Origin: a virus
Taxonomy: Duplodnaviria > Caudoviricetes
Strand: one strand, 5' to 3'
Length of the DNA stretch: 64,000 bases
IMG/VR virus record: IMGVR_UViG_3300014208_000024
Location: 308,284-372,283 of that record
Shown here in pieces: positions 29,568 to 38,967 of this stretch. The stretch's first letter is position 1. Each line of letters starts with the position of its first letter. The translations under genes were made by a program, and so were the position numbers. Under the pieces are notes generated by a model. It was not told the DNA's origin and made no database searches. It worked only from the letters and a program-made list of their open reading frames with translations.

Positions 29568-29822
29568 ATGAAAAAACAGATTATTGATGAATGGCACTTT
29601 TTACCTGAACTCCCAGAAGAGTGTGAAGAAGTTCTTATTGCAATTAAATATGAGAAAATTCCTATACAAGCTTATTTGATGGGAGGCAAATGGAAAATGT
29701 CTTTTGAATTAAAAAGCTGGTTACAGGATAAAGAATCTGTTAATCCATTATTAGAATGTGAAGAGTTTGTATATGCTTGGAAAAAACTTCCTTCTGTTCC
29801 TGATGTTCCAGATCCATTTTGA
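29568..29822 (+). CDS. DUF551-like hypothetical protein
   Basis: WH...ELPE...EVLI...YAW..LP pattern. Confidence 0.55.
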   Translation: MKKQIIDEWHFLPELPEECEEVLIAIKYEKIPIQAYLMGGKWKMSFELKSWLQDKESVNPLLECEEFVYAWKKLPSVPDVPDPF

Positions 29823-29897
29823 AAATAAATTTAAAACTTAATTATTTGTTAACCTTATGTTAACGTAGTTATCTTTTATTTAAGTATTTATAGGCAA

Positions 29898-30104
29898 ATG
29901 AAAACAAAAATTATATTATTATCTTTTATTTTATTTTACTCATGCAGTTCAACTGTTCATGTTTATAATTCTAAAAAACCATATTCTTTAGCAAAAGATA
30001 TTAATTCAGAAATCATTTCAGAATTTTACAAAAAAGACACAAACGGAATTTCAAAAAAGATTTATCTATTAGACCAAAAAAATAACCATACGCCCCACAA
30101 TTAA
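29898..30104 (+). CDS. Small putative lipoprotein
   Basis: Signal peptide with FYSC lipobox-like Cys. Confidence 0.55.
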   Translation: MKTKIILLSFILFYSCSSTVHVYNSKKPYSLAKDINSEIISEFYKKDTNGISKKIYLLDQKNNHTPHN

Positions 30105-30178
30105 TTGGTCATTGTGGCAAACGGTGAGTTATTCTTTTTTGGAAATTCTAAATTAATTTAAAAATATTTAAAAATTTA

Positions 30179-30214
30179 TTTGCTTTTTTGTAACCTTTTT
30201 TATATCTTTGCGTA
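30179..30214 (+). promoter_or_regulatory. Overlapping host-type and ECF-type promoters for the tRNA cluster
   Basis: TTTG-N20-TATCTTTG (30179-30210) overlapping TGTAAC-N16-CGTA (30189-30214). Confidence 0.65.
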
Positions 30215-30341
30215 TAGATGATTGGAAACAGTGGCAATCAAAAAGGGTTACTTCGTAAAATTCATAATTTTTATCTAAAGCACCCTCTGAATCTTACCCT
30301 GTTTTTTGATTTTAAAAATTTTTGACTATTTAATAATATAT

Positions 30342-30414
30342 TGCAAGGTAGAGCAGTAGTTAGCTTGCGGCGCTCATAACGCCGAGGTCGTCGGTGCAAA
30401 TCCGACCTTTGCAA
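30342..30414 (+). tRNA. trnM: tRNA-Met(CAT), initiator-like features
   Basis: Full cloverleaf; anticodon arm CGGCG-CTCATAA-CGCCG; A11-U24; T-loop TGCAAAT; lacks the three consecutive G-C anticodon pairs. Confidence 0.9.
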
Positions 30415-30562
30415 CAAAGAAAAAATAAAAATGAAAGTTAATTTTAACATAGAGGAAAGCGAGGAACGTTTACTGAAAAGTATCCCTGCTAAAACTATGT
30501 AAAAGTACTGAAAAAGTAATTTGAAAAGAGGGATGCGAAAGTTTCCCTCTTTTTTTATTTAT

Positions 30563-30634
30563 GCCCTGTTCGTATAGAAGTCAGTACAACGGTTTTTCAA
30601 GCCGTAAAGGAGATAGCATAATTCTCACAGGGTA
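30563..30634 (+). tRNA. trnE: tRNA-Glu(TTC), atypical T arm
   Basis: Acceptor GCCCTGT/ACAGGGT; anticodon arm ACGGT-TTTTCAA-GCCGT; T arm GAGAT-AGCATAA-TTCTC. Confidence 0.8.
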
Positions 30635-30641
30635 CAAAAAC

Positions 30642-30713
30642 GCTCGGTTCTTCTAACAGTAAGGATACCGCTCTTTCACAGCGGAGATACGATAGCATAA
30701 TTCGTACCGAGTT
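30642..30713 (+). tRNA. trnE: tRNA-Glu(TTC), atypical T arm
   Basis: Acceptor GCTCGGT/ACCGAGT; anticodon arm CCGCT-CTTTCAC-AGCGG; T arm ACGAT-AGCATAA-TTCGT. Confidence 0.82.
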
Positions 30714-30723
30714 CAAGTGTTTG

Positions 30724-31848
30724 TTATTTTACAACTAATAACTTATAACGTAAACCATTATAAGTCGAAGAACAACTTAAAGAACAAAATTTACTTTTTG
30801 TTTCTTTTCCACATTGCAAACAATTATTCATCTTTTTTTGCTTACCTGAAAAATTTCTTAAATTAGCTGCTCTCCCCGAACATTCCCTACTACAATAATC
30901 GTTTTTTGCAGGCTTACCACAAACTTTACATATATTTTTCTTTTCATTATATGGATTTCCTTCGTATAGTTTTACAAAATCACTTCCGTAAGTTTCTTTT
31001 ACATATTTAAAAATCTCCCCCAGGTCTTTTTTAAACAACACTCTAAGTTTATGCGGAAAACTCTTAAATTTAGCATCATCATTTTTTCTTTTAAATCCTT
31101 TTATTTCGTAGTAAATTTCTTCTTTAATAAAATCAGGGTAATACTTATGAGTTTCCCCTTCGTAAAAATAATCAAACCCCTCAGTATTTCTTTTAAATTC
31201 AATTTTATGATCAATATTGTAAATTATCCAAGCAAGCTCATAGCTGCTTCCACAATAAAATCCTTTATACCATCCGCTCTTACTGCGTCCAGATCCTTCT
31301 CTAATTCCTCCTCCACCACATTTTCTAAACTCTGCATTTTTATCATTATTATAGCATTCTTTAGAACAATATATTTTTTTAGTTTTACAAGGTAAAACTT
31401 TAAATTCCTTTTTACATATAGGACATTCTTTTTTTATTAATTCCCTCTCTGAAATTTTTCGTCTTACCTTAAAGTTTTTTATTCTTGACTCTTTTGCTTT
31501 TTCAGAATTTTTAATAGATTTACTAATATTTTCTTTTGTTTCTTTTGTTTGTTTTCTGCTATGTGCACAAAAAGAAGAACAAAACTTTTTTTCATCTTTC
31601 CCAGAAACTGTTTCAAATTCTTTATTACATTTGGGGCATGTTTTTTTAATTACTTTATTTTTTAATTTTTCACTGGCACATATAACAGAGCAATAATTTC
31701 CATTAGCAAGGTATTTCGGACTTAAAATAGTAGACTTAATATAATGTTTAGTTTTATAAAAAGTTTTACCACACTCTAAACATTCAATTGGTAACAAGTC
31801 ATTAGACTTAGCTAAATTTAGTTCTTCATCTGTAAATAGTTGTTTCAT
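30724..31848 (-). CDS. Homing-endonuclease-like protein (PD-(D/E)XK core with CxxC..CSxxC zinc fingers)
   Basis: KYYPDFIKEEIYYEIKG motif; multiple C.xC...YCS..C units; antisense and immediately 3' of the tRNA cluster. Confidence 0.75.
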   Translation of the reverse strand: MKQLFTDEELNLAKSNDLLPIECLECGKTFYKTKHYIKSTILSPKYLANGNYCSVICASEKLKNKVIKKTCPKCNKEFETVSGKDEKKFCSSFCAHSRKQTKETKENISKSIKNSEKAKESRIKNFKVRRKISERELIKKECPICKKEFKVLPCKTKKIYCSKECYNNDKNAEFRKCGGGGIREGSGRSKSGWYKGFYCGSSYELAWIIYNIDHKIEFKRNTEGFDYFYEGETHKYYPDFIKEEIYYEIKGFKRKNDDAKFKSFPHKLRVLFKKDLGEIFKYVKETYGSDFVKLYEGNPYNEKKNICKVCGKPAKNDYCSRECSGRAANLRNFSGKQKKMNNCLQCGKETKSKFCSLSCSSTYNGLRYKLLVVK

Positions 31849-31985
31849 AATTTTGTTTTTCTATAAATAGTTAGAAAAAATAAAATCAATCAAAAAATAT
31901 AAGTTCGATTTTCTAACCAATTACACTCCCTCCACTTTTTCAAAAAATTCGCTTTATATACTCACAAACAAAAAAAATAAATTTT

Positions 31986-32330
31986 ATGGCAAAAGTATTT
32001 AACGCACCTGCGGAACTTAAAGTTCCTGATCTCAATTGGAAAGACATCCCACAGTATCATAAAGACTGTGATAAGTATTTTGAAGATTTGAAAAAACTTC
32101 TGATCGAAAAGTACAAACGCACTGGCGCAAACGTTGGGGAAATAATTAAATTCCCTGTTGCTGATGGTTATGCTTTATATATGGTTGCAGGAATGAAACC
32201 TGTTGAATTGATACATATTGAGATCGGTGATGCTTGGCACTTTCAGTATGCCAATCGTCTTACGGCAAAAGATGTTCAGCAAAAAATTGATCAGGAAAAG
32301 GCTCTTGCGAAATTGTTCTCCAAAAAGTAA
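31986..32330 (+). CDS. Hypothetical protein
   Basis: GEIIKFPVADGYALYMV motif; class-A promoter. Confidence 0.75.
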   Translation: MAKVFNAPAELKVPDLNWKDIPQYHKDCDKYFEDLKKLLIEKYKRTGANVGEIIKFPVADGYALYMVAGMKPVELIHIEIGDAWHFQYANRLTAKDVQQKIDQEKALAKLFSKK

Positions 32331-32338
32331 TTTAAAAA

Positions 32339-32418
32339 GGGTGATTAACATTAATGCAAGAACAGTATTCTTGAAATAGAAGTAACGCTGCGTGTGGGTT
32401 CGATTCCCACATCACCCA
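32339..32418 (+). ncRNA. tRNA-like element (intact acceptor stem and T arm, degenerate D and anticodon arms)
   Basis: GGGTGAT/ATCACCC-A acceptor; GTGGG-TTCGATT-CCCAC T arm; CTTGAAA loop and ACG-CTG-CGT variable arm resemble tRNA-Ser(TGA). Confidence 0.6.
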
Positions 32419-32466
32419 CTTTTCCAAATAATTCGCTTTATATAGTCATAATCAAAAATAAACATC

Positions 32467-32988
32467 ATGAAAATAGAACTTAAGAATGTGAAAATTAGCG
32501 AAAGCTTAAGTGAAGAAACTACAGCTTTTACAGCCGACATATTTGTGAATGGGAAAAAAGCGGGATATGCAAGAAACGACGGCAGAGGAGGGTGCACTGA
32601 ATATCACTCATTTCCTGAAACAAGAGAATTGTTTGATAAAGCTGAAAAATTTGCTTTGACACTTCCAAAAAAGGTTGAGGAATTTAACGGGAAAATATAC
32701 GAGTTCAATTCAAATTTAGAACTTATTATTGATAACATAATTGAGAACGTTCTCAAAGAAAAAGACAAAAAGAAACTTGAAAAAGCTTGTCTTAAAGGAA
32801 TATTTAAAGGAAATACATTTGATTATTCAGGCGTTTCTTACAAACTTCCCCTGAAAGATATTGTTAGAATTCATAAAGAAAAAGGTGTTGCACATCTTCA
32901 GGGGGCTTACAACAAAATGAAGTCTGAACTTAAACAAGGAGAAAAAATACTAAATACGAACTTAGAAGAATTGGGGATTATACTTTAA
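32467..32988 (+). CDS. Hypothetical protein
   Basis: ORF behind class-A promoter. Confidence 0.75.
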   Translation: MKIELKNVKISESLSEETTAFTADIFVNGKKAGYARNDGRGGCTEYHSFPETRELFDKAEKFALTLPKKVEEFNGKIYEFNSNLELIIDNIIENVLKEKDKKKLEKACLKGIFKGNTFDYSGVSYKLPLKDIVRIHKEKGVAHLQGAYNKMKSELKQGEKILNTNLEELGIIL

Positions 32989-33017
32989 TCCCCCGTTCTT
33001 CTTTAAAGTTATTTTAT

Positions 33018-33326
33018 ATGGCACAGCATTATGAATTAAAACGGCACATCGAGCCTAAGATCTTTAAAAGCGTAGATCGGGTTGCTGAATATTATGTAAG
33101 AGCATCAAAGTATATCACACGCTATTTAAATGATTATACAGAGGAGGTTGTATATAAGAAGAAGACAACCAAACTCCCCGACGAATATAAGATCTTTGCA
33201 GAGGATCACCTCGTTTTAAAAGTTGGGAAATATGATCTTCAAGAAACCAAGGATCTCTTTGGATTATATCTCGAATGTCATATCGATGAAAAAGGGAAAG
33301 TACTTTCTATCTATATTGTAATGTAA
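33018..33326 (+). CDS. Hypothetical protein
   Basis: ORF following previous gene. Confidence 0.65.
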   Translation: MAQHYELKRHIEPKIFKSVDRVAEYYVRASKYITRYLNDYTEEVVYKKKTTKLPDEYKIFAEDHLVLKVGKYDLQETKDLFGLYLECHIDEKGKVLSIYIVM

Positions 33327-33386
33327 AAACTCTCCCCCACTTTTTCAAAAAATTTGCTTTATATAGCCATAACGAAAAACTTCATC

Positions 33387-33587
33387 ATGGAATATGTAAT
33401 AAAACTTTTAAGATATGATTTGGAATGCCTATGCGAAGATTTATCTTCATCTGAGATAAAATTAAATATTTCAGTAAAAAACAAAATTGAAGATAATATA
33501 AAATTTTATTCTGAAGAAATAAAAATACTTTCAACAAACATTGAGCAGGTGAAAAAAGCTATTAAAATTTTAACTGACAAAAAATAA
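33387..33587 (+). CDS. Hypothetical protein
   Basis: Start MEYVI behind class-A promoter. Confidence 0.65.
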   Translation: MEYVIKLLRYDLECLCEDLSSSEIKLNISVKNKIEDNIKFYSEEIKILSTNIEQVKKAIKILTDKK

Positions 33588-33644
33588 CAAATCCCACTTT
33601 TTCAAATAATTTGCTTTATATAGTCATAACAAACAAAAAATCAA

Positions 33645-33830
33645 ATGGAAAAAGAACTTGGAATTGGCGTTGTAACAGATAAAGGGACTGTCATGGATAT
33701 TGATGTAAGTTATAAGCCTAAAATTAAAGGCCAAACAATTTATTATGTTACAAAAACTCCTGAAAAATATGCAAAAGGAGTAAATTGTGGAATATGGAAG
33801 TTGAAAGAAGAACTTGTTTTACTTCAATAA
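33645..33830 (+). CDS. Hypothetical protein
   Basis: ORF behind class-A promoter. Confidence 0.65.
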   Translation: MEKELGIGVVTDKGTVMDIDVSYKPKIKGQTIYYVTKTPEKYAKGVNCGIWKLKEELVLLQ

Positions 33831-33924
33831 TAAATCCCACTTTTTCAGAAAATTCGCTTTATATACTTGTTAATGTAAAAAAAAATAAATAACTTTGCTA
33901 ATTATTAACTAAATTTTTTTAAAA

Positions 33925-34737
33925 ATGGGATACAATAGTGAGTTCAAAGGGGGCTTCCTCCTTAACAAAGCATTGGACGATGTAACGTTCAATTTCTTAA
34001 ATAAATTGGCCAACACTCGCAGAATGGCCAGAAAAGTAGATGCCAAATATGGTGTCCAAGGTGAATTTTATGTTGACGGCACAGGAGATTCTGGCCAAGG
34101 ACGTGAACCAAATGTTATTGATTTTAACGTAGCTCCAAGAACACAGCCAGGTTTATGGTGCCAGTGGGTTCCTACAGAAGATCGCAGAGGCATTGAGTGG
34201 GACGGTGGAGAAAAATTTTATGCCTATATTCAGTGGATTGAATATATTATTTCCAAAGTTCTTGCCCCCAGAGGATATGTTCTCAACGGTAATGTAAAAT
34301 GGAGAGGTGAAGATTTTGATGACACTGGTGTTATTGAAATCCATGACAACATGGTTCAGGGAAAACGTTTGATTGTGGATTATTCAATCAACAAACTTTT
34401 GGGGGCTGTTGGCGCTTCTACTGGTGTAAAAAATTCCACTCCATCTGTTTCTACCAATAACAAACGCAAAGCTGGTGTAAGACCTGATGGAACAAAAACA
34501 AAACATCAGATTTACAAAGAGAAGCAAGAAGCTGCAAAAAAACTTCTTGAAGATCAGATTGCAAAATTAGAAGCTGATCTGAAAGCTGCAGATGAGGAGC
34601 TGAAAAAGAAAAAAGTAGCAATTACAAAGAAGCTGACCGTAAATGATGTTGTTCTGGATCAGATCAGGAAAAAAGCTGAATTTGGAAGTACACTGGAAGA
34701 TTTCAAAAAAACACTGAGGAATTTACTGGAAGATTAA
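33925..34737 (+). CDS. Hypothetical protein with C-terminal coiled coil
   Basis: PGLWCQWVP...WDGGEKFY motif; class-A promoter. Confidence 0.8.
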   Translation: MGYNSEFKGGFLLNKALDDVTFNFLNKLANTRRMARKVDAKYGVQGEFYVDGTGDSGQGREPNVIDFNVAPRTQPGLWCQWVPTEDRRGIEWDGGEKFYAYIQWIEYIISKVLAPRGYVLNGNVKWRGEDFDDTGVIEIHDNMVQGKRLIVDYSINKLLGAVGASTGVKNSTPSVSTNNKRKAGVRPDGTKTKHQIYKEKQEAAKKLLEDQIAKLEADLKAADEELKKKKVAITKKLTVNDVVLDQIRKKAEFGSTLEDFKKTLRNLLED

Positions 34738-34798
34738 ATTCCCACTTTTTTAAATAATTTGCTTTATATAGTTGTTAGATAAATTAAAACTTAAGAAA

Positions 34799-35425
34799 AT
34801 GAAAGACGTAAAAGAGATGAGTAAGAGTGCAATAGCCGATTTGGAATTGGTTAACGCCATCAAAAGTGAAGACAAAAGAAAATCAGAAAAGGCTTTTTCT
34901 CTGCTGTTTAAAAAATACCATGATACTATGCTGTTTCACTTCAGGGGATTGGTAAAAGATGAAGAAGATGCAAAAGAAATTGTTCTCGAAGCTTTTGTAA
35001 AAGTAAGTTCAAACATTGAAAAATTCAATCAGGATTCCGCTGTGTTCAGCACATGGTTATTCAGACTTACACAGAATCTTTTCATCGATAAACTGAGAAA
35101 GAAAAAAGATGATGTTGTTTCTCTTAGCGACATGGCTACATATGACGAAGATAGCCATACTTTCGAGTTCGACTTTGAAGATTGTGATGGAACTCCTGAA
35201 TCTAAAATACTGGATTCAGAAAAAGAAAGAAGAGTAAATGAAGTTCTTTCAAAAATGGAAAATCAGGAACTTGCCGAAATGATAAAAATGAGATATTTCC
35301 AAGGTCTGTCATACGAAGAAATCTCTAATGTTACGGGTAAACCTTTGGGAACTATAAAAGCTTTTATCTTCAGAGCAAAACAATTTCTGAAAAAAGACCT
35401 TAAAAGAGCTAAATTAAATTTTTAA
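34799..35425 (+). CDS. ECF (sigma-70 group 4) RNA polymerase sigma factor
   Basis: Region 2 AFSLLFKKY...DAKEIVLEAF...FSTWLFRL..N..ID..RK; region 4 MRYFQGLSYEEIS..TGKPLGTIKAFIFRAK. Confidence 0.9.
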   Translation: MKDVKEMSKSAIADLELVNAIKSEDKRKSEKAFSLLFKKYHDTMLFHFRGLVKDEEDAKEIVLEAFVKVSSNIEKFNQDSAVFSTWLFRLTQNLFIDKLRKKKDDVVSLSDMATYDEDSHTFEFDFEDCDGTPESKILDSEKERRVNEVLSKMENQELAEMIKMRYFQGLSYEEISNVTGKPLGTIKAFIFRAKQFLKKDLKRAKLNF

Positions 35426-35493
35426 AATTCTACTTGATAATTTTTAAAGAAATCCTTATATTTACTTATAAGGATTTTTTTTTATTTATTATT

Positions 35494-36000
35494 ATGGTAC
35501 CACAACAAGCAGGCCGTCCCCTCACTCCAGCAGAAAAGAAACAATATCTTTTGGCCAAATACACAAAGAGAGACTACAATGTAGGTGATTTAGAAAGTTG
35601 TAAAAAATATGCAGTATATTTTTGTCCAAATTTGGAACTTGTAAAAGAATGGAAATTATTACATGTATGTGGGAATCTGAATGAAGCAAAACAACAGATT
35701 TTTTGGAGAAAACAATACATGAGTACAAAGGATGGGGATTTAATTATAGATAATTGTGAAGATTTTAAGACATGGAGAGATGAAACAAAAAATGTTGACT
35801 CTAACGGGAATGCTTATGAGCCAGGAGAAGAATTAATGAAAATTGATTATAATGCTCCAGGAAATATGATTCAGGTAATAGCAAGTTCGACTCCAGCTCA
35901 ACAAAATTCTAATGGATTCAAAGGATTTGGGTTTTATACAGGAATTGAGATTGGAAATTATCAAGGTTTTTATAAAATTGAGGAAATTTACGAAGTATAG
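35494..36000 (+). CDS. Hypothetical protein (TATTTAT promoter)
   Basis: Likely start MVPQQ behind TATTTATT. Confidence 0.7.
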   Translation: MVPQQAGRPLTPAEKKQYLLAKYTKRDYNVGDLESCKKYAVYFCPNLELVKEWKLLHVCGNLNEAKQQIFWRKQYMSTKDGDLIIDNCEDFKTWRDETKNVDSNGNAYEPGEELMKIDYNAPGNMIQVIASSTPAQQNSNGFKGFGFYTGIEIGNYQGFYKIEEIYEV

Positions 36001-36057
36001 TAAAATAAACTCCCACTTTTTCAAATAATTTGCTTTATATAGTCAAAAGTTATTAAT

Positions 36058-36519
36058 ATGAAAAAAATTATTGAAGCTACGTATCATTTATTGTTCTTTA
36101 AAACTTATACCCACTTTTCAAGGTGGTTTGAAATTAGTAGCGGCATACTTGTTTGGTTAAATATTGCATTATTAGTTTGTATAATGAGTGGATGTGTAAA
36201 AGAAGGCCCCAGTGGATATGCAGAAATTTCAAGTGTTGAAGAACAGGAAAAATATGAAGTCAGTCATGATTCAACTTGGTCCAATGCTGATTCTATTGAA
36301 TATGGTTTACTTCCAGTTTGGTATAAAGTAAAAAATACTGGCTTCGGAGAAATACATAAATATTCCATAACATTCGCTGTACTTCTTACAAATGGAAACT
36401 ATATATACACTGAATCTTTTGGTACTGGAGTTAGAGATTATTCAACATCTTTAATATACATAGAAACCAACGGGCAAGAAGCGCAAGATGTTTTAATAAC
36501 CAATCTTCAAGTTGAATAA
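36058..36519 (+). CDS. Putative lipoprotein/membrane protein
   Basis: Hydrophobic segment ending MSGC; class-A promoter. Confidence 0.6.
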   Translation: MKKIIEATYHLLFFKTYTHFSRWFEISSGILVWLNIALLVCIMSGCVKEGPSGYAEISSVEEQEKYEVSHDSTWSNADSIEYGLLPVWYKVKNTGFGEIHKYSITFAVLLTNGNYIYTESFGTGVRDYSTSLIYIETNGQEAQDVLITNLQVE

Positions 36520-36579
36520 TTTGTTTTATCAACAAAATAATTACTTGGTTTTAACTTTTTTGTACTATTTATAAATAAA

Positions 36580-37518
36580 ATGGATACAAAAGAATTTATA
36601 GAAAAATCGAAAAAAATTCATGGGGATAAATATGATTATTCAAAAAGCATATATGTAAAGTCAAAGATAAAATTGACAATCATTTGTCCAATTCATGGAG
36701 AATTTTTTATGGCACCACAATCGCATTTGTATGGAAAAAACGGATGTCAAAAATGTGCAAAAATAAAAGGTCTACAAAATTTAATTAATAATTCAAATAA
36801 AAAAAGAATAACATTTGAATCATTTTTAGAAAGAGCAAAAAATATTCATAACAACAAATATGAATATGAAAAAATTGAAATTAAAAATTTTTATCAAAAA
36901 GTTCGAATTAAATGCCCTGTTCATGGATGGTTTATTCAATCTGTAGCTGATCATTTAAGAAAGCATGGATGTATTGAATGTCACAGACCAAATAGAGGAA
37001 GCTCTCAACGATTGCTGTTAGGAGAATTTATAGAAAAAGCAAATAATATTCATAATAATATATATGATTATTCAAAGGTAGTTTACACTAATAATCATAC
37101 AAAAATAATAATAGGGTGTAAAACCCATGGAGATTTTCAACAAACACCTGCATCTCATTTAAAATCTAATGGATGTCCAATTTGCAAAAGTTCTAAAGGA
37201 GAAATAAAAATAAAAGAATTTTTAGAAAAAAGAAACATTTTGTTTAAACAACAAAAAACATTTTCTGGATGTAAAAATAAACAACTTTTGCAATTTGATT
37301 TTTATCTTCCTGATTTAAATTCTTGTATTGAATATGATGGAATGCAACATTTTAAAGCAATAGAATATTTTGGAGGGGAAAAAGGTTTAATTGAAACTAA
37401 AAAGCGTGATATTATAAAAAATGAATATTGTAAACAAAACAATATTTCTTTATTAAGAATAAAGTACAATGAAAAAATAGAAAATAAAATTACTTCTTTT
37501 TTAAAAACTTTTTTTTAA
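36580..37518 (+). CDS. DUF723-repeat homing-endonuclease-like protein with C-terminal PD-(D/E)XK domain
   Basis: Three KxIHGxKYDYSK...I.CP.HG.F...HL...GC..C repeats; FDFYLPDLNSCIEYDGMQH. Confidence 0.85.
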   Translation: MDTKEFIEKSKKIHGDKYDYSKSIYVKSKIKLTIICPIHGEFFMAPQSHLYGKNGCQKCAKIKGLQNLINNSNKKRITFESFLERAKNIHNNKYEYEKIEIKNFYQKVRIKCPVHGWFIQSVADHLRKHGCIECHRPNRGSSQRLLLGEFIEKANNIHNNIYDYSKVVYTNNHTKIIIGCKTHGDFQQTPASHLKSNGCPICKSSKGEIKIKEFLEKRNILFKQQKTFSGCKNKQLLQFDFYLPDLNSCIEYDGMQHFKAIEYFGGEKGLIETKKRDIIKNEYCKQNNISLLRIKYNEKIENKITSFLKTFF

Positions 37519-37635
37519 ATTTCGGTTTGCTCGTAAACCCCACAGTAAATCCACAAATCCAAAACTCCCACTTTTTCAAATAATTTGCTTTATATACTCA
37601 CATAAACTAAATATTAACAATTTAAATTTAAAAAA

Positions 37636-38475
37636 ATGGTACGTGAATTAAGTGAAAAAATAGGCTGGGAAATTGAAAGTAAAAATATTTTCTCAGGAGA
37701 TCAAATAGGTCTCGAAAAAATTTTAGGGTACAAAGCTGTTACTCGTAATGATAACGGAGGAGTTCTCTCAGTTATGAAAAAATCTTATTCCCCCATGACC
37801 AACACAGAGTTTTTAGAAGTGGTTTCAAAAATTCAAGAAATATCTGGATTTAAACTTGCAGGGTTTAATGAATTCAGACAAGGGAGGAAAGTTTTGGGGT
37901 TCCTTGAAAATGATAAAGAGGATTTATATATTGGAGGACATAAAATAAAAGATTATTTTTTAGTTGGAAACAGCTTTGATGGATCTACATCTTTCTTCCA
38001 AGGTACATCGACAATTCTAATCCGCTGTCAAAATCAGTTCAGCCAAATTAATGTAATGAACAAAATCCGCCATACGAAAAGTATAGGAAGAAAACTTGAA
38101 GAATTTTATTCCTACTTAGATTTTTATTTCAACAAAAGAAATGAATTATATAAAACTTTCGAGCAACTTGGAAATATTACCCTCACAGAAAATTTACGTG
38201 AAAATCTTATTAAAGCTGCCCTTGGAGTTAAAGAAGTTACTGACAAAGAAATATCAGCTCGTAAACAAAATCAAATCGACCTGCTGAGATCAACAATACT
38301 CGCAGAAACTTTGGAACTGGGCGAAAATATGTGGGGGGCATTTAATGGAGTTACAAAATATACAACCCACGAAATCGAAACAAAAAACCCCATCTTCGGA
38401 AATGTCTTCGGAAATCAGGCCGATATCAATAACAGAGCAATGGAATTTGCAACCAAAGAACTGGTAATGTCATAA
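37636..38475 (+). CDS. DUF932/DUF945-family protein
   Basis: KAVTRNDNG..LSV..KSY.P..N, NSFDGS, IRCQNQF, IRHT and NMWGAFNGVTKYTTH motifs. Confidence 0.8.
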   Translation: MVRELSEKIGWEIESKNIFSGDQIGLEKILGYKAVTRNDNGGVLSVMKKSYSPMTNTEFLEVVSKIQEISGFKLAGFNEFRQGRKVLGFLENDKEDLYIGGHKIKDYFLVGNSFDGSTSFFQGTSTILIRCQNQFSQINVMNKIRHTKSIGRKLEEFYSYLDFYFNKRNELYKTFEQLGNITLTENLRENLIKAALGVKEVTDKEISARKQNQIDLLRSTILAETLELGENMWGAFNGVTKYTTHEIETKNPIFGNVFGNQADINNRAMEFATKELVMS

Positions 38476-38538
38476 AGAAACTGGGGGAGGAAACTCTCCC
38501 CCACATTTTTTAAATGTTTAACTTAATAATTTATAATC

Positions 38539-38967
38539 ATGCATAAATCATTTGTAATTTTACTTTCGATTTTATTTAGCTTTATTATATTTGTAGACAT
38601 AGGAACTATTGCATCTATCGCATATAGAGATAATCAAAGAATCAATCAAGAAATAACTGTAAACAAAGACAGTTTCGAAGATCAATATCCCAGACTTGGA
38701 CCATTTATTACCATTGAAGATTTTATACATGTAGATAGTATTTATAAAGCAGAAATGGACAGGATAAATAAATTAAAAAACAAACCTTTTAAAATGATTA
38801 CAAAATGTAAATTTATTCCCGAAGTTGAATTTGTTGATTATGGAACATTCAAAGAAATAGATAGTCTTAAATGTATTCGACAAAAAGAAATGGAAAATCT
38901 TATCAAGCAAGAGAAAGAACAAGAAAAAGAACTTGATCTATTAAATAATAAACCCTGTAATAATTAA
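38539..38967 (+). CDS. Membrane-anchored hypothetical protein
   Basis: N-terminal TM helix. Confidence 0.65.
   Translation: MHKSFVILLSILFSFIIFVDIGTIASIAYRDNQRINQEITVNKDSFEDQYPRLGPFITIEDFIHVDSIYKAEMDRINKLKNKPFKMITKCKFIPEVEFVDYGTFKEIDSLKCIRQKEMENLIKQEKEQEKELDLLNNKPCNN

Noticed and set aside
30414-30730. Theta/HDV-like or hammerhead ribozymes after the tRNAs
   Set aside because: No nested double-pseudoknot pattern and no CUGANGA/GAAA core in proper context.
10460-32597. Numerous minus-strand and alternative-frame ORFs inside the array (e.g. 12659-12982, 20930-21475, 23660-24106, 26011-26310)
   Set aside because: They are shadows of plus-strand genes or run through promoter repeats; many ORF-track starts such as MLYI... 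are the promoter sequence itself read from TTG.
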